Assembly (NCBI GenBank): GCA_964016885.1
Contig: OZ024742.1
Coordinates: 180,296,001-180,360,000, forward strand
DNA length: 64,000 nucleotides
Reading direction: 5' to 3'
From: Eledone cirrhosa
Lineage: Eukaryota
This document shows positions 26,454 through 37,985 of this stretch, one piece after another. Positions within the stretch are counted from its first letter, which is position 1, and each line of letters begins with the position of its first letter. The notes below the pieces were generated by a model, which searched no databases, was not told the origin of the DNA, and worked only from the letters and a program-made list of their open reading frames with translations. The translations under genes and the position numbers were made by a program.

Positions 26454-26508
26454 ATATTAATATAAGAACCTTTTGTTATAAGATAACAAAAGGTTCTTAT
26501 ATTAATAT
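26454..26508. repeat. Perfect 26-bp-arm palindrome with 3-nt loop
   Basis: atattaatataagaaccttttgttat-AAG-ataacaaaaggttcttatattaatat. Confidence 0.95.
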
Positions 26509-27289
26509 ATTAAATTATTTGAAAGATTTTAATTTTAATAGAAACTCATTAAAATGGGGGAGGATTGTTTCATAGGAATAGAGTCAATTTTGGGAATGTT
26601 GGTATTGAAAAGGTTAAAAGTTTAAGCTTTGCTCAAAACACCAGGTTAATAATGATAATGTTAGGACTGAATCTCTCCAGAATCTTGATTATTTTCAAAA
26701 TGATTTGAAAATCATAAGTAGTGTCTTCCATTAACATATGTTAGCAGAAGGGGTAAAGAAAAAAGAAAATTTGACAATAGTTAAAAATGGAATTTATCTG
26801 TTCTTTGGATGTATTCATTTGTCTTACATTTGTGCAAGGTCTGTATACGAGAATATATAATAAAGATAATACTTGTAAGAACAGCAATAGAAACGGCAGG
26901 CTTCCTCTCTAAAAGTGTATTTATCACTAAGGGCATTAAACTTAGAAATGTAAATTGTGTTTCAGAGTTCATTAACTCCTTTCATGGCCATCATCATCAT
27001 CCTCAGTATTGTTATCACCAACATCCTTGTCATCATTATGATTATCATTATTATAATTATCCTCATCATCAGCTATTACACTTGCATTAAGCATGATTAT
27101 AAAGGCACCATACCTCCTGTTCCACCATCAGTGTCCTAGGGTTAAACAATAATAACAGCAGTAGGTCTATCAAATCTATTCCTTTAATTGAGCTGTTATC
27201 TTTAAAATTACCATTTTATTATGATTCTATGCAGGCTAACATGAATCTGTCTAAAAATCTTTCACAGAATCACTTCTAAAATAAGTTAA

Positions 27290-27757
27290 CACTTTTGACA
27301 CCAACCTGCCGAAACTGCCCTTGATTCTGTGATATAAAGCTTTTTTAGTTTAAAGTGTTTATATTTATCTAAAATCCTTCCTAAGTAATTTTATGTAAGA
27401 ACTTTTGTTAAGTTATATTTCAAACACTAGCTTAATAAAAGTTTCTGATATAGGCACACGGCCACAGTTTTGAGGGAAGGGAAAGTCGATTAAATTTACC
27501 CCAGTATGTTAGTGGTGCTTTATTTCATCGATCATGTAAGGATCAAAGGCAAAACTAATCTCAGCAGGATTTGAACTCAGAACATAAATTGTCATAATTA
27601 TATGCACCAAAGCATGTTGTCCAATGTTCTACCAAACATCAACCTAATAACGAGAAAGTTAGTTACAGTAATAAACCTTTTAAAATCCTTGATAATTTTC
27701 AAAATTATTTGAAAATCATAGGCAGTGTCTTTCATGAGAAATATGGTAGTGAAATAG
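27290..27757 (+). mobile_element. piggyBac-like non-autonomous element family P2 (TTAA-flanked), interrupted by an old SINE-A
   Basis: ttaa|cacttttgacacc ... gaaatatggtagtgaaatag|ttaa. The diagnostic body (ccatcataattttatgtaagaac...ttttcaaaatgatttgaaaatcataggcagtgtc) recurs at ~7790-7927, 22850-22940, 23700-24015, 24250-24570, 26360-26750 and 59565-59998. Confidence 0.65.
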
Positions 27758-28651
27758 TTAATTATATTTAATGACATATGCCAAAACGTTTCTAATGAAT
27801 TAAAATGTCATTCTTAGTTGTAGAAAGAAAACAAAAACCTAGCAACAACTGTTTGTTACTCAAAAAAAGGGGAGACAATAAAAAAAAACATTAAAAATTA
27901 ATCTCTCAAAGTTAATTTACATGCTTAAAAGAAGGTCTGATTTTCAAAATACTTTGTTCTAAAAATTCGTATGCAAAAAAAAAAAAAAATTTCAAGATAT
28001 TTCCTCTCTTTGGCTTCATTTTTGGTATTCGAATGAATAGCTTGTAGTATATTTAGTCATCTCACAGTACATCCAATCAAAAATAATGTTTTGTCATTGA
28101 AACTTCTAAAGTCATTGATTCTGGGACAAGACCACGAGAAAGTAGCCTGATGAGGTGAAGTGACTGAATCAATGATTACAATAGGGAACATAGTTTTTGA
28201 TATCTGGTGTTTGAGCCATGTTTCCTAGTAATTTTGGGGTGCTGATTTAAAAAATGAAATCCATTTTACTCTATCAAATCAAATGTCCAATTTTTTCAAC
28301 ATTTCCAGTAATGTCAACATTTCTAAGGATAGATTTGATTTCATGGAGCTTGACATAACATTGAAAACATAGCTTTTCAATATCATTTAAAGTAAATGCA
28401 ACTACAAAAGTGAAAACAAAAGTCATGATTTAAGTACCTTCAGTAAATAAAAATCATCAAGCTTGAGCAAATTTCACTATTTTCAATGCAATCAATTTTC
28501 TGTGGCAATGCTTTCACCATCTCCAGTCAAGGTGGTAGAGGTTGGCCTTCTCTCCAGTTCTCCCATCCTTTTTTCTTTTCTTTTTATTTGGCTTTTTAAA
28601 AAAAAAATTTATCATTATGATATAAATATATTCAACATTTCAAAAAATATT

Positions 28652-28730
<79 letters not shown>

Positions 28731-29048
28731 TTTTATTATATAGTGAGAAAGTCTGAGTGCTTGTAATTAACTGTTCAATAGTTATTTTTGCTATTGTTCA
28801 GGAATAAAAAAAAAACCCCATACATTTCACAAGTTAGTGAGAATCTAGTGAGATGTAGTAATTACATTCTGGAAGAGTAATTTTAACTATTCAAAAAACA
28901 TACAAATTCATTTATATTCAATTTTCACTTTCCATTTATTTCATAGTGAAAAACTTTGTGGATGCATGCTGTATAGACAAATGGTTAGAAATGTTGCTTT
29001 GCAATCATATGGTCTTGGATTCAATTCATTCTCAACATGGCATCTTAA

Positions 29049-29275
29049 CCCTTTAGCATTTGAACTAGTCATGTCCAGTCAGAATCTCTCACCTCTTCCT
29101 GTACAAACTGGCTGTAATTTCTTTTTAGCTGTTCATATTGATGTTAAGGTATTCATCTCAAAATGAATAATATCAAAATCTCAATGATTCAATATCATGA
29201 GATAATTATGTGAGATAAAGTGTTTACCATGAAAATACAATAGTATATATAGAGTAATGGGTAATATATAAAGGG
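29049..29275 (+). mobile_element. piggyBac-like MITE P1
   Basis: ttaa|ccctttagcattt ... taaaggg|ttaa. Confidence 0.75.
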
Positions 29276-30821
29276 TTAAGCAATGTTATTTACTATAGTC
29301 TTTAGTCAATCCAAACCCTGTGAATGAAATTGGATGGACAGAAACGTTTTGAAATCCATATGATGGACAGTTTGTGAGTGATTGTGTGTGTGTTATTTTT
29401 CCTGTTTTCTTTGAATGGCTAAAATGGCCCTTCAACTATTGTCACAGATCACATCACTTGCCAAACAAATACATAATCATCATCACTGTTTTACGTCCAT
29501 TCTTCCACACTAGCATGGGTTAGACAGGTTGTCCTGTTGTGGGCAATGCCAGGTTAGGTGACCATGTCTTTCTCATATGGAACTGATTTTGGCTTGATTT
29601 CTACAGCTGGATACCCTTGCTAACATCAACCTCATCTACAGTGAGTACTGAGTGCTTTTTCTTTACTGTGGCACCTACACGACCACTTTACAGTGGGAGG
29701 AGAGTGGGGGGGAATACTGTCTATATGCCTGAACTTTGGCTTGTACCTGTGGGAAGTCGGGTCTTCTGGTGTTAAAACGACACTTCCACAGTGTTATTGC
29801 TTCAGTTTCATCATATAATTCTCAGATCACCTCACAAATCACCAGACAAGTACAACAACTCTAAAAGCAAGATATAAAATTAGATCTCATGACATGTGGG
29901 TGCATTGACTGGTCAGTGTTGAGTGGACTGGAGATTCTATATGGTTGACTGGAGATTCTATATGGTTCTATTCGGCATGTCTTTGTATTGTCCCCTTTTC
30001 TTGTTGCGCCCTTGTGGCTAATAAAGAAGTCTATCATTGGGAGGAGGAGGAGAAGAAGGAGAAGGAGAAGAAGAAGAAGGAGGAGGGGAGGAGGAGGAGA
30101 AGAAGAAGAAGAAGAAGAAGAAGAAGAAGAAGAAACTTGAATTTCAGATATTTTCAGCCATAGTTGGAAAAGATGATGTGAACCCCCAGCAGTGTTGCAC
30201 GTTAATATATAATTGTTTCTACTTTAGGCACAAGGCCAGCAATTACCCAGTGCATTACTGGTACTTTATTTTATCGACCCCGTAAGGATGAAAGGCAAAG
30301 TTGACCTCAGCGGGATTTGAACTCAGATCGTAAAGGGACGTAACTATGCTGGAAAGCATGGCATCCGACCCTCTACTGATACTGCCAATCCACATATAAT
30401 AATGTATAAATATATAATAATTGTTTCTACTTTAGGCACAAGGCCAGCAATTACCCAGTGTATTACTGGTACTTTATTTTATCGACCCCGTAAGGATGAA
30501 AGGCAAAGTCAACCTCGGCGGGATTAGACATATACATCAATATGTATGTATGTGTTTATAGATATGTTTGCTTAAATGTGCATGTATATATATGGAGAAC
30601 ACATCTAAGTGGGTATTTACGCATTTATGTGTGTATATATGTGTAAGTGTGAGTGTATGTATGCATGCATATATGTATGTATGCATGCATATATCTTTGT
30701 AAGCATGTATGTATGTATGTGTGTGTAAGTGTATATGTGTGAATGTGTGTGTATGTGGTTTTGTATGTATGTGGGCATTTACGCATTTATGTGTGTGTGT
30801 ATATGTGTAAGTATAACGTGA

Positions 30822-30858
<37 letters not shown>

Positions 30859-31404
30859 GTATTTACGAATGTATGTATGCATGCATATATGTATGTAAGT
30901 ATCTATGTGTGTGTAAGTATATATATATATATGTGTGTGTGTGTATGTCTATGTGTGTTTTGTATGTATGTGGGTATTTACGCATTTATGTGTGTGTGTG
31001 TGTATATGTGTAAGTATAAGTGTGAGTGTATATATATGTATCTATTTATGTATGCATGCATGCACGCATATATGTACGTAAGCATGTATGTTTGTGTGTG
31101 TAAGTATATATATGTGTATGTGTGTGTTTTTGTATGTATATATGTGGATATTTATGTATTTATGTGTGTGTATATATGTGTAAGTATACCTGTGAGTGTA
31201 TATATATATATATGTATATATTTATGTATGTATGTATGTATGTATGTATGTATGCATATATGTATGTAAGCATGTATGTATGTGTGTGTGTAAGTATATA
31301 TATGTGTTTCTGTCTATGTGTGTTTTTGTATGTATGTGGGTATTTACATATTTATGTGTGTGTATATGTGTAAGTATAAGTGTGAGTGTATTTATGTATG
31401 TATG

Positions 31405-32163
31405 CAATTGGAGCGTTTCCATCAGATGTGTCTCAGACGGATCCATGACGTTCATTGGAGGGACCACATCAGTGATGTCGAGATTTTGGAAAGCTCTATG
31501 TGTGACAGTATAGAAGCTCTTGTGCTTAAGCAACGACTCCGTTGGAGTGGTCACCTTGCCAGGATGAAGGATTCTAGAATACCAAAACAACTCTTTTATG
31601 GAGAGTTGGTTAAAGGAAAACGACCACCACATAAACCAAAAAAGAGGTATAAGGATTCCTTGAAAGCCTCTCTGAAAGACGCTAACATCTCTGCTGATAC
31701 ATGGGAGAATATTGCTGCTGATCGTAATAAATGGAGAAAGACTGTATATGAGGGAAAAGTTGCTTTAGAGGCATCTCGAATCGCTTACGAGAAAGTAAAG
31801 CGGGATGTGAGGAAGGGCATTGCTATTGCACTTCCAGATGGCGAGGGTCCTCCTATGGTGCTGACTTGCAACGTCTGTGCGAGACTCTGCCTAAGCAAAG
31901 CTGGACTCGAAAGTCATCTTCGCAGTCATAAAGTAAGACCAGTGGTTGACTACCAGGCTGCTGTTGGAGATGCTACTCATCATGCTTGCCAAACATGTGG
32001 TAGAGAATGTAAATCAGCAGGAGGGCTCAAGCGACATGCAAAAGTACACGAACTCCAACCACAGCGGACTATTCCCAGTAAATGTCTTGGATGCCGACTC
32101 TGTGCAAGACATTTTAGATCATTGGCTGGGCTAAAAAGCCACATTCGATCGCAGCGCTGTTAG
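31405..32163 (+). mobile_element. 5'-truncated RTE-clade LINE; open C-terminal ORF with three tandem C2H2-type zinc fingers
   Basis: LERFHQMCLRRI...W.D.IS..E.L...QRLRWSGHLARM.DSRIPKQLFYGEL..GKR...PKKRYKDSLK...WE..A.DR.KWR (RTE C-terminus), then CNVC-x12-HLRSH, CQTC-x12-HAKVH and CRLC-x12-HIRSQRC. The ORF-track N-terminus (31318-31404) is microsatellite. The detached 3' tail is at 32432-32478. Confidence 0.9.
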
Positions 32164-32196
32164 TTGCTATCGTGTGTGTGTGTGTAGATATGCTTA

Positions 32197-32227
<31 letters not shown>

Positions 32228-32356
32228 GTATGTGTATATTATTACTGTTGTTGTCGTTATTATTATTGTTGTTATTATTATTGTTATTATTATTGTTCTT
32301 AATGTATGTGTGTGTGTATATGTGTGTGTGTGAGTATGTGTGTGTATATATGTATG

Positions 32357-32394
<38 letters not shown>

Positions 32395-32482
32395 TATTTA
32401 TTATTATTGTTATTATTTTTTTTTTTTTCTTTCTCCTCGTGCAATGGCCATACTCGATAACAAGGGGGCAGCCATCATGTAT

Positions 32483-32893
32483 GGGAGAGATGACCCCTTA
32501 GCCTTTGTTAAGGCAGAATTCTAGGTGAAGGAAAACTCTGATATAACACCTGCGACCCTAATGGTATCCAATGATGTTGACTTGTTCTTCTTTTTGGTAA
32601 ATATCATCTTGGTTAAGAGAGTGGGACTGGCTTTGTGCAGTGCCTTTGCTCACTATAAAGGCTTCACGGCACAGGCATTGCTTTATATCTGGAGATCTCT
32701 CTGCACTTGTCGTCACATGGTACCATGGGCCCAGCACTATATGTCAATAATTGTCACAAGTGTAGTGTTTGTACCAGAGTTTTCAAGTCGCTTGCTGGAC
32801 TAAAAAGTCACACTCGTTCAGCGCATTGGTAGGGGTTCTCCTACATGGATATAAAGTAGTGGCCGTACTCGAAAACAAGTTGGCAGCCGCCAT
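32483..32893 (+). mobile_element. Non-autonomous bipartite RTE derivative, unit 1 (5'-truncated)
   Basis: Near-identical to 33265-33674. Starts at gggagagatgacccc and ends ggcagccgccat. Confidence 0.85.
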
Positions 32894-33068
32894 GCGTATA
32901 TTTGTATGTATGAGTATTTATATATATGTATGTATGTATATATTTATGTGTATGTATGTATATATGTATGTATATATATATAGATAGATTATGTATCTAT
33001 GCATGCATGTGTATATATATGTATGTATGTGTATATAGATGTATGTATGTGTATATATATATATGTCA

Positions 33069-33146
33069 GGTCACCACTTGGTGCTACTGGTAACATGTAT
33101 CCCAGTACAACCTGTTTCATGGTCGGGTCGTTGGCGACTAAACTGG
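33069..33146 (+). ncRNA. Candidate HDV-like self-cleaving ribozyme at the 5' end of the repeat unit
   Basis: P1 ggtca(33069-73)/tggtc(33120-24); P2 ccagt(33102-06)/actgg(33142-46); CC(33111-12)/GG(33125-26) as P1.1; P4 tcg-ttgg-cga; J4/2 CUAA(33138-41). P3/L3 is non-canonical. Confidence 0.4.
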
Positions 33147-33505
33147 CAACCCCACCAAGGTTTCTTGGTGAGGAGGGTGACTTTGGACATCCTGCAGGAC
33201 TAAAAACAAAACCTGTCAAAGGGCAAAGGAGCTCTTAAGAGTCAATGGCCATCCAAAATCACTGGGAGAGATGACCCCTTAGCCTTTGTCAAGGCAGAAT
33301 TCTAGGAGAAGGAAAACTCTGATATAACACCTGCAACCCTGATGGTATCCAATGATGTTGACTTGTTCTTCTTTTTGGTAAATATCATCTTGGTTAAGAG
33401 AGTGGGACTGGCTTTGTGCAGTGCCTTTGCTCACTATAAAAGCTTCACGGCACAGGCATTGCTTTATATCTGGAGATCTCTCTGCACTTGCCGTCACATG
33501 GTACC

Positions 33506-33613
33506 ATGGGCCCAGCACTATATGTCAATAATTGTCACAAGTGTAGTGTTTGTACCAGAGTTTTCAAGTCGCTTGCTGGACTAAAAAGTCACACTCGTTC
33601 AGCGCATTGGTAG
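33506..33613 (+). CDS. 35-aa mini-ORF with one canonical C2H2 zinc finger (RTE-derived remnant; expression unknown)
   Basis: MGPALYVNNCHKCSVCTRVFKSLAGLKSHTRSAHW*: C-x2-C-x3-F-x5-L-x2-H-x4-H. Shares SLAGLKSH with finger 3 of the ORF ending at 32163. Intact in units 1 and 2; a Cys is lost in units 3 and 4. Confidence 0.45.
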   Translation: MGPALYVNNCHKCSVCTRVFKSLAGLKSHTRSAHW

Positions 33614-33759
33614 GGGTTCTCCTACATGGATATAAAGTAGTGGCCGTACTCGAAAACGAGTTGGCAGCCACCATATATATATATATGTGTATATATATGT
33701 ATGTATGTGTATATATATATATATGTATGTATGTGTATATGTATGTATGTATGTATGTT

Positions 33760-34250
33760 GTGTGTCTGTTATTAGTGTTGTGTGTGTGTTATTAGTGTTG
33801 TGTGTGTGTTATTAGTGTTGTGTGTGTGTGTTATTAGTGTTGTGTGTGTGTGTTATTAGTGTTATGTGTGTGTGTTATTAGTGTTGTGTGTCTGTTATTA
33901 GTGTTGTGTGTATGTTATTAGTGTTGTGCGTCTGTTATTAGTCTTGTGTGTCTGTTATTAGTGCCGTGTGTGTGTTATTAGTGTTGTGTGTGTGTGTGTG
34001 TTATAAATGTTGTGTGTCTGTTATTAGTGTTGTGTGTGTGTGTGTTATTAGTGATGTGTGTGTGTTATTAGTGATGTGTGTGTGTTATTAGTGTTTTGTG
34101 TGTGTTATTAGTTTTGTGCGTCTGTTATTAGTGTTGTGTGTCTGTTGTTAGTGTTGTGTGTCTGTTATTAGTGTTGTGTGTGTCTTATTAGTGTTGTGTG
34201 TGTTATTAGTGTTGTGTGTTTGTTATTAGTGTTGTGTGTCTGTTATTAGT
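33760..34250. repeat. ~20-bp minisatellite (gtgttattagtgttgtgt)n
   Basis: Directly visible, about 24 units with a variable GT spacer, between units 2 and 3. Confidence 0.95.
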
Positions 34251-34258
34251 GTATATAT

Positions 34259-34855
34259 GTCAGGTCACCAGTTGGTGCTACTGGTAACATGTATCCCAGT
34301 ACAACCTGTCTCATGGTCGGGTCGTTGGCGACTAAACTGGCAACTCCACCAAAGTTTCTTGGTGAGGAGGGTGACATTGGACATCCTGCAGGACTAAAAA
34401 CAAAACCTGTCAAAAGGCAACGGACCTCTTAAGAGTCAATGGCCATCCAAAATCACCGGGAGAGATGACCCCTTAGCCTTTGTCAAGGCAGAATTCTAGG
34501 AGAAGGAAAACTCTGAACCCTGATGGTATCCAATGATGTTGACTTGTTCTTCTTTTTGGTAAATATCATATTGGTTAAGAGAGTGGGACTGGCTTTGTGC
34601 AGTGCCTTTGCTCACTATAAAAGCTTCACGGCACAGGGATTGCTTTATATCTGGAGATCTCTCTGCCCTTGTCATCACATGGTACCATGGGCCCAGCAGT
34701 ATGTGTCAATAATTGTCACAAGTTAAGTGTTTGTACCAGAGTTTTCAAGTTGCTGGCTGGACTAAAAAGTCACACTCGTTCAGCGCATTGGTAGGGCTTC
34801 TCCTACATGGATATAAAGTAGTGGCCGTACTCGAAAATGAGTTGGCAGCCACCAT
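34259..34855 (+). mobile_element. Non-autonomous bipartite RTE derivative, unit 3
   Basis: Same start gtcaggtcacca and same tail as unit 2, with a small deletion after aaaactctga. Confidence 0.85.
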
Positions 34856-34866
34856 GTATGTATGTA

Positions 34867-35368
34867 TGCTACTGGTAACATGTATCCCAGTACAACCTTT
34901 CCCATGGTCAGGTCGTTGGCGACTAAACTGGCAACCCCACCAAGGTTTCTTGGTGAGGAGGGTGACTTTGGACATCCTGCAGGACTAAAACAAAACCTGT
35001 CAAAGGGCAAAGGAGCTCTTAAAAGTCAATGGCCATCCAAAATGACCGGGAGATGTTGACTTGTTCTTCTTTTTGGTAAATATCATCTTGGTTAAGAGAG
35101 TGAGACTGGCTTTGTGCAGTGCCTTTGCTCACTATAAAAGCTTCACGGCACAGGCATTGCTTTATATCTGGAGATTTCTCTGCACTTGTCATCACATGGT
35201 ACCATGGGCCCAGCACTATGTGTCAATAATTGTCACAAGTGTAGTGTTTTTACCAGAGTTTTCAAGTCGCTGGCTGGACTAAAAAGTCACACTATTCAGC
35301 GCATTGGTAGGGGTTCTCCTACATGGATATAAAGTGGCCGTACTTGAAAACGAGTTGGCAGCCACCAT
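34867..35368 (+). mobile_element. Non-autonomous bipartite RTE derivative, unit 4 (short 5' truncation, ~90-bp internal deletion)
   Basis: Starts tgctactggtaac. The deletion joins gggagatg to gatgttgac through a gatg microhomology. Confidence 0.85.
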
Positions 35369-36152
35369 GTATGTATGCATATATGTATGTAAGCATGTAT
35401 GTATGCATGTGTGTAAGTATGTCAGTATATGTGCGTATGTGTTTGTGTCTATGCATGCATTTTTATGTGTATATATATATATATATATATGAAAGTATGT
35501 ATGTATGTGTCCGTGTCTGTGTGTGTACGTGTGTGTTTGTGTGTGTGTGTGTGTGTGTGTCCATATGTGTGTGTGTAACCAGACATTAAATACACACTGC
35601 ATCATGTAAACACTAGTTAAAAAGACAGAAAGAAAATATAAACAACACATTAATCTTCAAAGCTCATTTTCAGAGATTCAATTTTAGATATTCATTCATA
35701 AGCAAAACTATTCTTGACTATTATTAGATGAGAAAGTCAGTAAAACCAGCTGTAAACAGTTCTTCTATTGATTCTACTAAGTCATTGATGGAAGATCCTC
35801 TGGGATGTGATTACTTTTCTATGCTTTCAATAATTTTTCTGTATAAATATAATGACATGATAGTTTGAGAGTTAATGTGAGGATTTACAGGATATTTCAT
35901 TTAAAACTTTGTTTATGGTAAAATATTACTTGCATCTGTGACTTTTGACATCATATACCACATAAGACCACATTAGCATAATATTTCTCAGAAGTACAAA
36001 ACAACCTTATGACTGCATCGCATTAAATATTAAAGTCTTTGCTATGATACTGGACAAGTTGGTATAATTGGCTAGCAAACTTATCACAAAATAAGGGGGG
36101 TCAGTTCGATTCACACGTACATTAATGCCCATTTTTTTTCCATTCTGAGGTC

Positions 36153-36183
<31 letters not shown>

Positions 36184-36625
36184 GGGCATGTAAAATTCCC
36201 AAGATCCATGGACGAGTTCTCTCCAGCGGTCTCTGTCCCTCATCATCGCTGCCATGTTCTGCATCTCCAAGAGACCAGTGTCTGTCTGTAGGGCATCAAC
36301 ATATGTTAACCTTGGTCTTCCACTTCCAGTGTGTCCATGCAGGGTTCCCACAGGAGCACTGAGTGCAGTGCCAACTCTGGATGTCAGTGAGCATGTCCAG
36401 CTAACCTCAGTCTTCTCTGTGTCACTTTTGAGCTGACTTTTGGGAGTTTCCCGTAGAGCTCTGAGTTTTTCATCCTCATGTTCAGAGCCATCCTCAGCAT
36501 TCTCGTGAGTGAGTTTCTTGGTCAATGTCCAAGTCTCAGACCCGTACAGCAGCACAGACACCACTACAGCAATGAAGAGGCGGATCTTCAGGTCTTAACG
36601 AAGGTCCGACTTCCACACTGACTTA
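36153..36625 (-). mobile_element. RTE-clade LINE 3' fragment with (TAGA)n tail
   Basis: SVLLYGSETWTLTK...GSGRPRLTYVDAL...MRDRDRWRELV. Confidence 0.85.
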
Positions 36626-37153
36626 TATGCCCTGTTATTAAACTGTTTTCAATCGTCAAAAATAGCTACTAATACAATTCAAATATTGTGGATTGGCTGT
36701 ATTGGTAGAGCATCGGACAACATGCTTTGCAGCATAGAGTTACGGCCCGTTATGATCTGAGTTCAAATCCTGCCGAAGTTAATTTTGCCTTTCATCCTTA
36801 CGGGGTAGATAGAATAAAGCACCAGTAATACACTGGGATAATTGCTGGGCTTGTGCCAAAAGTAGAAACAATTATTATTATTATTATTATTATTATTACG
36901 GTCTGAGTTCAAATCCCGTCGAGGTTAACTTTGCCTTTCATCTTTACGAAGTCGATAAAATAAAGTACCAGTAAGGTACTGGGATAATTGCTGGCCTTGT
37001 GCCAAAAGTAGAAACAATTATTATTACTATTACTAGCAGAAAAAAACGCCCTTCGGCCGGTTTTCTGCTAGTGTATGTAATGAGCATATTGGTATTATAC
37101 GCAAATATATATGCATATAGATATATATAAACTGAAAAGTAAATTGACAATAT

Positions 37154-37640
37154 CTTCTTCACCCACTAATTTGTGAGAGGGTCGTTGGGGCAGAGTCCTT
37201 CTTAAACACTCTTTCCAGCAAGTCAGTCAGAAGCATACATCTCTAACTGATCCAGCTGGATCTCAAAGAATGACCAACCAAGCTCATCAATGTTATCCAA
37301 TTATCTTGCTCAGGGTCTACCTCTGGGTCTCTTGCCAGTTGGTTTTGCCTGTAAAATGTGTTCAGCCATTCTTTCCTGAGACATTCTAACCACATGCTCA
37401 TAATGTCGGAGTTGTGATCTCTCAATTCGGAGAAGTAGCGGCTCTACCAGGAGTGACTCTCTGATCTCTGAGCTATGCACTTTATCGAGTAACATTACTC
37501 CAAAGACCCTTCGGAGGAACCCCATTTCTGTCACTTTTATTTGCACTTGTATTCTTTTGGTCATTACTCAAGATTCATGATCCTTGGTAAGAGTTGGCAG
37601 GAATACCAGGAAGACAGCGAGTTTAGCTTTTACACCCACC
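37154..37640 (-). mobile_element. RTE/Bov-B-like LINE 3' fragment
   Basis: EMGFLRRVFGVMLLDKVHSSEIRESL.VEPLLLRIERSQLR.YEHVVRM...KPTGKRPRGRP. A related piece lies at ~26020-26115. Confidence 0.85.
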
Positions 37641-37719
37641 CCCTTCTTCTGATTGCTGAGGCTGGCATATTCCTGCAGTTAGTGAGTCTTTTGGTTCTTC
37701 CCACATTCTGGATGCAGTG

Positions 37720-37985
37720 GTAAGGGAGAGAGCTAGAGCATCCGCACCTGAACGGAATAAAATCCTAAAATACCGTGTTCTGTGAGTTTACTACATTATC
37801 CAGCTTGTGGCTTTCGAGACGTTTGGAGAGTCGGGCTACTGACTGCGAGATTCTTATCTTTACTGGCAGTTTGGAACAGAGGTAACTGGTGATGCTCATG
37901 AGGGCACTTGGTTGTTCCAGCACCTCAACGTTGCCATCACCCCAGGTAATGCTGCAAGCATGCTGGCCTGCCTCAAAAATTATTA
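37720..37985 (+). mobile_element. CRE-clade-like RLE endonuclease C-terminal fragment (not in ORF track)
   Basis: Manual translation APERNKILKYRVL*VYYIIQLVAFETFGESG...VTGDAHEGTWLFQHLNVAITPGNAASMLA matches the AE..K..KY / P.A.ET.G / LFQRLS.A..RGNA pattern of CRE-like elements. Confidence 0.7.

Larger units (their letters stand above)
33065..33674 (+). mobile_element. Non-autonomous bipartite RTE derivative, unit 2 (full length, ~610 bp)
   Basis: 5' part carries the RTE 5'UTR motif ctaggagaaggaaaactctga. 3' part encodes a C2H2 finger and ends in tggccgtactcgaaaacgagttggcagccaccat followed by (gtat/at)n. Confidence 0.85.

Noticed and set aside
28148-28175. Hammerhead core CTGATGA
   Set aside because: No stem II followed by GAAA. 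Other CTGATGA hits noticed in the window failed the same test.
32525-35282. Repeated hydrophobic 67-92 aa ORF (MVSNDVDLFFFLVNIILV...) as a membrane-protein gene family
   Set aside because: It lies in a different frame from the recognisable zinc-finger remnant, inside a retroelement-derived unit. Its recurrence reflects repeat identity, and its start and stop vary among copies.
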